Below are positions 49,690-56,077 of a DNA stretch of 56,077 nt, one piece after another. The stretch spans positions 30,539,625 through 30,595,701 of the forward strand of contig NC_068982.1 in NCBI RefSeq assembly GCF_001194135.2, in the 5' to 3' direction. How positions within the stretch are numbered: the first letter of the stretch is position 1; each line of letters opens with the position of its first letter. The notes under the pieces were generated by a model. That model was not told the origin of the DNA, made no database searches, and saw only the letters and a program-made list of their open reading frames with translations. Made by a program: the position numbers and the translations under genes. This stretch comes from Octopus bimaculoides. Lineage: Eukaryota.

Positions 49690-49749
<60 letters not shown>

Positions 49750-49750
49750 T
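49150..49750 (+). mobile_element. R4/Dong-like RLE 3' fragment with UTR and (TAA)n tail
   Basis: WYKHMPEKVTENEKATILWDMPIHTDREIKANRPDIVV...IDVS...YKDLEIE...IQKIALLGTAHIL. Confidence 0.88.
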
Positions 49751-50935
49751 GTTACTTTATTAACATCAAAAGTATGTAGAGATATAGAAAATTGCAAAGA
49801 AAAGTTAATGGGACATACAGAAACCTTGGGTTGGAGGGATGAGTTATACAAAGAGAAGGGTAGGAGTAAAAGTGTTACACAATGTATAAATGGGTGAATT
49901 AAAATTTATAAAACACTAATATCTGTACATAACAAGTAAAAAATATGCGTATACTGAAAATTTCTTGAAGCTTTTTAATTTATATATGGTATAAATGTTT
50001 TAAAACATAGTAAAGCAATGCAGATTAGAAGTTAGGAAAAATATTGAAGGCAATGCTAATATATAAATGCAAAGAGAAGATATCAACATTCTTTTATTTG
50101 GAAAGAGGAATCTTAACAAAAATTTAAAAGACACATTAAATAATGTATGTAAAATGATATCTTCTTGTTGTTTTTAATTATTGGCATCACCTTTGCGTAA
50201 ATTTTCACCTGCATTACTTAAAGGTTTTTTGAAAGAATGTGTGATGAAACATAGTAATGAAAAATAACTAAAGGAAGATTTAACAAGAAATAGAATATGA
50301 AAAATATTTCAAGCTTTTGTTCTTACTTAGTGAAAAAAACTATTGGTTTGGTTGAGATACTGCAATCCACGTTCCTGTTTGCCAATAATTGTGCATATGA
50401 CAGTCTTGTGCACCCAACTCGATGCATAAACACTCACATTTCCTCACATATGTTTCCTATATTTCAAACCCAAATACACCTCTACTATTCTACCTCATTA
50501 AAATATCTCTGGCTCCCACAGATGAAGGATTTTATCTATTAGTTGTTAGTTTGATTTTCAAAGATGGCAAATTTCATCCCTTCACCTTTTGCTCATCTTC
50601 ATCTTTATTCTGATGAGGGATGCCATCATTGTTTTGAGGAGATTGTTCCTCCTTGCCTGTTTTACTTGTCTTATATCGAATTTATTTTTTTATGACATCT
50701 TTCTTTTATTTTTTATTTCCTTTTGTATTTTCCCTTGAAAATTTGGATACTTCCTTCTGCAATTATTAGCTTTTCTCTGATACATGATGATGGAATAGTG
50801 TCACTAGTTGCTGAAGTTAGGAGTGAGGTGGCTGCTCACGTGTTTCTTGGACTGTACAAGAGGCAGTCTTCCCTCACTATTTCTGCCATTTAAAATGTTA
50901 AAAGTGCTGTTGCTGACTTATTACTATATTGTTTA

Positions 50936-51222
50936 AAATATTGTTGTACTTTGGGATGGTCATCCTTTGCCAATAAAATACATGTGCTATTCATTTGATC
51001 TTCACTTTAGTTTATTAGTATCATTTTTTTAGTTTATTTGTCCATCCAAGTTCTTCCATCACCCATTCTGTAACCTCTTCAGTGACATTCTGCCTCACAT
51101 GTCTCCTCTTGTCCTGCCTATTCCATTTCTTTACAATAATCACAAAACTCAAGTAAAGATCAAATAGATAGTGCATGTGCTTAATCGGCAAAAGATGACC
51201 ATCCTGAAATATAACAAGATTT
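50936..51222. repeat. Foldback (long inverted repeat) element
   Basis: Arms at 50936-51013 and 51145-51222, about 78 bp each and roughly 80% complementary (GGATGGTCATCYTTTGCC core), with a ~130-bp spacer. Confidence 0.8.
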
Positions 51223-51674
51223 GTTTCAATACACGTTTTCACATCAAGAATCTTGTAAAAGAAATACATAAACATAATTGTTTAAAATAGTTTTTCTTCT
51301 CTTAATTATTCATTTAGATGTTCACTATTTTCTGCTTTTCATCATTTTAATGTGCAGTTTCTTTTTGCATTATCTTTCTCATCTTATTTGATTTTGTAGT
51401 ATTTTGCTTTGAGTGGAGCATTTATCTGTCAGAAATTTTGGTGTGAAATATTGCTAAAATATGTAAGCGAATACAGTAAAGGCTGTAAAAACAAACTTTA
51501 TTTTTGTCTTCCTTGAGGCATCAGAACAGGCAGTCCTCAGGGGATTGCAATCCCTTTTGGCAAATACTCTAAAGAAAATTTCATTTGATAATGCCTTAAA
51601 TTAAAGTCATAGAGGAGAAAACATGTCTTCACACCCTAAGAGCCAATAAATAGATATAGCTACAACAAAAACAA

Positions 51675-51716
<42 letters not shown>

Positions 51717-51744
51717 CAATAACAACTACAACAATAATAATAAT

Positions 51745-51897
51745 AATTATCAAACTAACATGAAGTTAGAAAGTAATAGACCAGATATTACAATCATAGA
51801 TAAGGAAAAGCGAAATTGCTTACTTATCGACCCATCATACACAATTGATTCCAGGATCATAAAGAAAGAGGAAGAGAAACAAAGAAAATGCAATGTC
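51745..51897 (+). mobile_element. R4/Dong-like RLE internal fragment
   Basis: QTNMKLESNRPDITIIDKEKRNCLLIDPS, directly after (AAT)n. Confidence 0.75.
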
Positions 51898-52121
51898 TTA
51901 ACCACTAAGCTTTCTACAATAGGCACAAGGTTGAAATTTGGAGGAGAGCCTAGGTAATTAATTCAATCCCAGTACTCAACTAATACTTGTTTTATGAACT
52001 CCAAAAGGACGAAAGACTAATTCAGCCTTGGCAGAATTTGAACTCTGAACATAAAACCAGAAGAAATGCCATTAAGCATTTTATCTGGTGTGTTAATAAT
52101 TCTGACAGCTCACCATCTTTT

Positions 52122-52194
<73 letters not shown>

Positions 52195-52196
<2 letters not shown>

Positions 52197-52510
52197 TTGA
52201 GAGGAATTCTTTGGGGTTTGAATAATTCCCCTTTGGAAACATGGGTGTTTTGCTCAACATCCTTAAACAAATCTTATTCAGGGACCTTTTGAGCGGGATG
52301 GGCTACTCAACCGGAAGAAAATTCTAACTGGGCCCCCACCTGCGAGGTCATGCGCTGTTTATCTTTATATGAGATCACCACGTCGCGCACATATGGTTGT
52401 GATGCATGTGCCTGGTGTACCCTTATCAGACGGGTAGTCATGATGGGTGTATTGGGCTTCGTATATTTTACCCCAGTGTAACTTTGATGGTATGCACTGC
52501 TCTCTCACTC
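52195..52510 (+). mobile_element. Second (5'-truncated) copy of the (TAA)n-flanked non-coding element
   Basis: Matches about 41200-41516; (TAA)n on both sides. Confidence 0.75.
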
Positions 52511-52579
52511 AATAATAATAATAACAACAACAACAACAACAACAACAATAATAATCATGATAATAATAATAATGTTAAT

Positions 52580-53215
52580 AATATCGATAATAAAATACAC
52601 ATGGTTAGTGATAGATATTGCAATCCCTTCTGACCAAAACATTGTCCAAAAGAAAGTGGAGTTATTGGTCGAAGTACAAAGCCATCGAAATCGAAATATT
52701 CAAAATGTGGAGCATGAAAGTGAAAACAATACCAATAATAATTGGAGCCTTGGGCATGATAAAAAAAAAACATATGAAGAAGAAACATAGAAGCTATACC
52801 TGGACCCTCATTGGTATACACTATCCAAAAAATAGCCCTGCTAGGAACAGCCCACATCTTATGCAAGACACTATCAATTCAATAATACAACCCAGACAAA
52901 ACAATTCACAAACACAAGACACACTCTATATAGCAGATATCCAATAAAATAAACAACCACCTACAGGCCTTGCACCCAAAAGAAGAACACAGCTCACATT
53001 ACACATGCAACACAATATACACATTCTAATACAAAAAAAGAATGCAACCAGACCCCATAACAAAACAAACTGATGCAATACAATACCAGGAAAAGTTTTC
53101 ACTCTCTCAGCAACAAAAAGAAAAAAAAACACGCACACATAATGCTGCACCCACCCCAACAACACAGAGGTGTAGCAGATGATGTGCCTGAAACTTACCA
53201 AATATTGAATAACAA
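52580..53215 (+). mobile_element. R4/Dong-like RLE 3' fragment plus UTR
   Basis: WLVIDIAIPSDQNI...WSKYKAIEIEIFKMWSMKVKTIPIIIGALGMI...ALLGTAHIL; ends TTGAATAACAATAAC. Confidence 0.8.
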
Positions 53216-53224
53216 TAACGATGA

Positions 53225-53258
<34 letters not shown>

Positions 53259-54329
53259 GGTGGTGGTGGTGGTGGTGATGATGATGATGATGATGATGAC
53301 AACGACGACTCATAATAATGAAAACTCATAATAATAAAGACAATAATAATTTATAATCTTAAGCACAAAGGCAAAACTTTGGAAGGAGAGGAATAATCAA
53401 TTACATAGACCCCTAGTGTATCACTGGCACTTATTTTATCAATTGCAGAGACATGAAAAGCAAATTTGAAGTCAGAACAAAATGAGGAAGAATAATTACC
53501 TGGAAGCAATTCTGCCAATTGACCATTTTAATCAATAGTGTTGATATTGATAATTATAGTAATGGGTTTTGAATATCAGAATCGGTAGTGCATCAGACAT
53601 ACATATCTGGCAGTATTTAGTTACATCTCTTTACATTTTGTGTTCAAATCCCATTGGAGGGATTGATTCTACCTTTCATCTTTCTAGTATCAATAAAATG
53701 AAATATGTGCTACTCAAATATATATCTCAATTAATTAGTTAGCAATCCATAATAATAATAATAATAACAATAATAATAATAATGACCACAAAAATAACAA
53801 CAAAAACTAGAACAGCAATAATTATAATAATAATTATAATAATAACAATAACAGCAATGATAATAATGATCACAAAACAATGTTATTAATATCATTGTAT
53901 TAACATAATGTCATTATAATTTTGAATATTATTATTATTATTATTATTGCTCAGATATATTGATTTCTTTTTCAAAAGAAAGCTTTCAACTAACAAGTAT
54001 TATTGCAATGTGTTGATATGAGAGACTGTGAAAGGATTAATGATATCGTTGGTGCCATTGTCTTGGTTATATCTTCATGCTTGCATGAGTTAGGCAGTAT
54101 GGAAAGATAATAGGATCATTGTGGCTTATCCTGATCCTCTGGATATTTTCAATGTTTTTTCTCTCAATATTTTTAGCATGTCTTCATTCTACCTTACAAA
54201 TTTTTCACTTGACAACACCATATACAAATATAGATATGTGTGTGTGTATATAAGATATATAATGTCTGTAATATATATTATATATACATATATATTATAT
54301 TACACAAACATACATACATACATACATAC

Positions 54330-54460
54330 ATAAACAAAAACCTGGAAAAATTAGGGTTCTCAAAACCTGAAAGAAAAAGGCTGATTAGAAGACTACAGAT
54401 TCAAGCCATCAATGGAACTGTAAAGATATGTAAAACTTTCCAAAAATTTAGCACATAAAT
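54330..54460 (+). mobile_element. C-terminus of another RLE-type LINE family
   Basis: LEKLGFSKPERKRLIRRLQIQAINGTVKICKTFQKF* has the layout of an RLE C-terminal helix; the clade is uncertain. Confidence 0.45.
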
Positions 54461-54710
54461 ACATATGCATGCATCTAGACATAAAAACGCATCCATAAAA
54501 CAAACATACAAATCTGCACATACACTAACACCAAATACTGCACACACACACATATGCACAAATACCTAGATGATGTTGATAAAAGTTCCAATGAAGGAGC
54601 CTTGAATCTATGTTAGAGTCCGGCTCTTTCTCTATGGACAAGAAATACAGAAATGAAACTGATTGATAACATACATACATACATGCATGCATACATATAT
54701 ATACACATAT

Positions 54711-55064
54711 NNNNNNNNNNNNNNNNNNNNNNNNNNNNNNNNNNNNNNNNNNNNNNNNNNNNNNNNNNNNNNNNNNNNNNNNNNNNNNNNNNNNNNNNNN
54801 NNNNNNNNNNNNNNNNNNNNNNNNNNNNNNNNNNNNNNNNNNNNNNNNNNNNNNNNNNNNNNNNNNNNNNNNNNNNNNNNNNNNNNNNNNNNNNNNNNNN
54901 NNNNNNNNNNNNNNNNNNNNNNNNNNNNNNNNNNNNNNNNNNNNNNNNNNNNNNNNNNNNNNNNNNNNNNNNNNNNNNNNNNNNNNNNNNNNNNNNNNNN
55001 NNNNNNNNNNNNNNNNNNNNNNNNNNNNNNNNNNNNNNNNNNNNNNNNNNNNNNNNNNNNNNNN
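54711..55064. other. Assembly gap (N run)
   Basis: Ns in the sequence. Confidence 1.
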
Positions 55065-55065
55065 C

Positions 55066-55190
55066 ATGTCTTGCATGTCTCTCAAATGTTTTGGCAGGGC
55101 ATTGAAGAGCTGAGGTCCTCTGAAACCGAGGCTGCTGCAGTATCTTGTTCTTATGTGAGATGCAGTGGACGGTACCTTTGGCACCATGCA
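55066..55190 (-). mobile_element. CR1/L2-like LINE ORF2 3' remnant
   Basis: TRYCSSLGFRGPQLFNALPKHLRD resembles the xxxF..RGxxLFNxLP..LR tail of CR1/L2/Jockey-group ORF2. Confidence 0.6.
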
Positions 55191-55221
55191 CACATATATT
55201 GGCACACATATATATGCATAC

Positions 55222-55262
<41 letters not shown>

Positions 55263-55326
55263 ACTATATCAATTAAAAAATGTGAAAATATATATATGAG
55301 TAAATCTGTGTGCATATGTGTGTGCA

Positions 55327-55359
<33 letters not shown>

Positions 55360-55929
55360 GTGTATTAGTGTGTGTGTATGAGTGTGTGTGTATGTGTTTG
55401 CTTTAGAAAGAATGTCCAACAGTAACATGTTTACTTCAGTTACACTTGATGCTTTTACATATAAAGTCTCTAAACATGTTTTCACAGTTGATATAGTATA
55501 GGTTGTACCTGAGCAATTGCATGTAATCTATGCTAGCACATTAAAAAAAGAAAAAAGAAGAAAAAAAAAAAAACAGACGAAAAGACCATTCTATTGGCCA
55601 CCACCACCACCACCACCGTCATCGGGATAAGCAATGAGAACAACAATATTGTTACTGCAAATAAGTGTTAAGGACAACAGCAAAGGTAAATAGTCAGCGT
55701 CAATGACAACATCAACATTTCTGTTTGCTTCTTTTAATTTTTTTCTTGTAATGCTTTGCAAACAAAAGCTCAAAACTTCTTTTACAGATCTGATAAGCTC
55801 AAATTGATTTATTGATTATCAGATCAGATAACATTATTATTATTATTATTATTATTCTCATTTTAAAAATCCTCTCTGACTAATCATTGAGAGGATGTTG
55901 GTGTTGCCTTGGCGGAGGGTTGCACTCTC

Positions 55930-55966
<37 letters not shown>

Positions 55967-56077
55967 GTTATTGCTTAGACCGATCTGCATGGAGTAAAAT
56001 GTGTCCTGATGCATCAAAACAACCTTAATAGTCAAGCGGACGTTAAACGATGATGGTGATGACTATTAAGGTTGTTT

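Noticed and set aside
51021-51275. 84-aa ORF ending WVMEELGWTNKLKK with an upstream acceptor
   Set aside because: It overlaps the foldback arm and loop; the apparent exon start is the inverted-repeat core.
54040-54200. Possible Penelope ORF linker remnant on the minus strand
   Set aside because: Only vague similarity, with multiple stops and frameshifts; not supportable without a profile search.

Overview
AT-rich, gene-poor eukaryotic DNA. The SINE families, dense microsatellites and LINE types resemble an Octopus (coleoid cephalopod) genome; this is inferred from remembered repeat families, not from a search. There are three assembly gaps (9435-9637, 33196-33252, 54711-55064). No complete host gene is visible. 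There is one probable Lys/Arg/Glu-rich terminal coding exon (+, 14168-14431) with a poly(A) signal, plus candidate upstream micro-exons or alternative exons at 7.2-10.1 kb. The rest is a layered set of transposon remnants: three tRNA-derived SINE families; R4/Dong-like RLE LINEs sitting in (TAA)n tracts; RTE, CR1/L2-like and Tx1/L1-like LINE 3' ends; Penelope-like pieces with hammerhead-ribozyme-like cores; an internally deleted Hsmar1-like mariner; mariner, piggyBac-like and hAT MITEs; a Tc1 5' end; and a decayed hAT Buster/FAM200-like transposase. The most notable signal is a ~185-bp element carrying a minimal type I hammerhead-like fold with a non-canonical core (CUGUYGA). It occurs twice, in opposite orientations, each time in the (TA)n tract inside a SINE. 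Most supplied ORFs are microsatellite, gap or repeat artefacts. Coordinates were counted by eye, so repeat boundaries are approximate.
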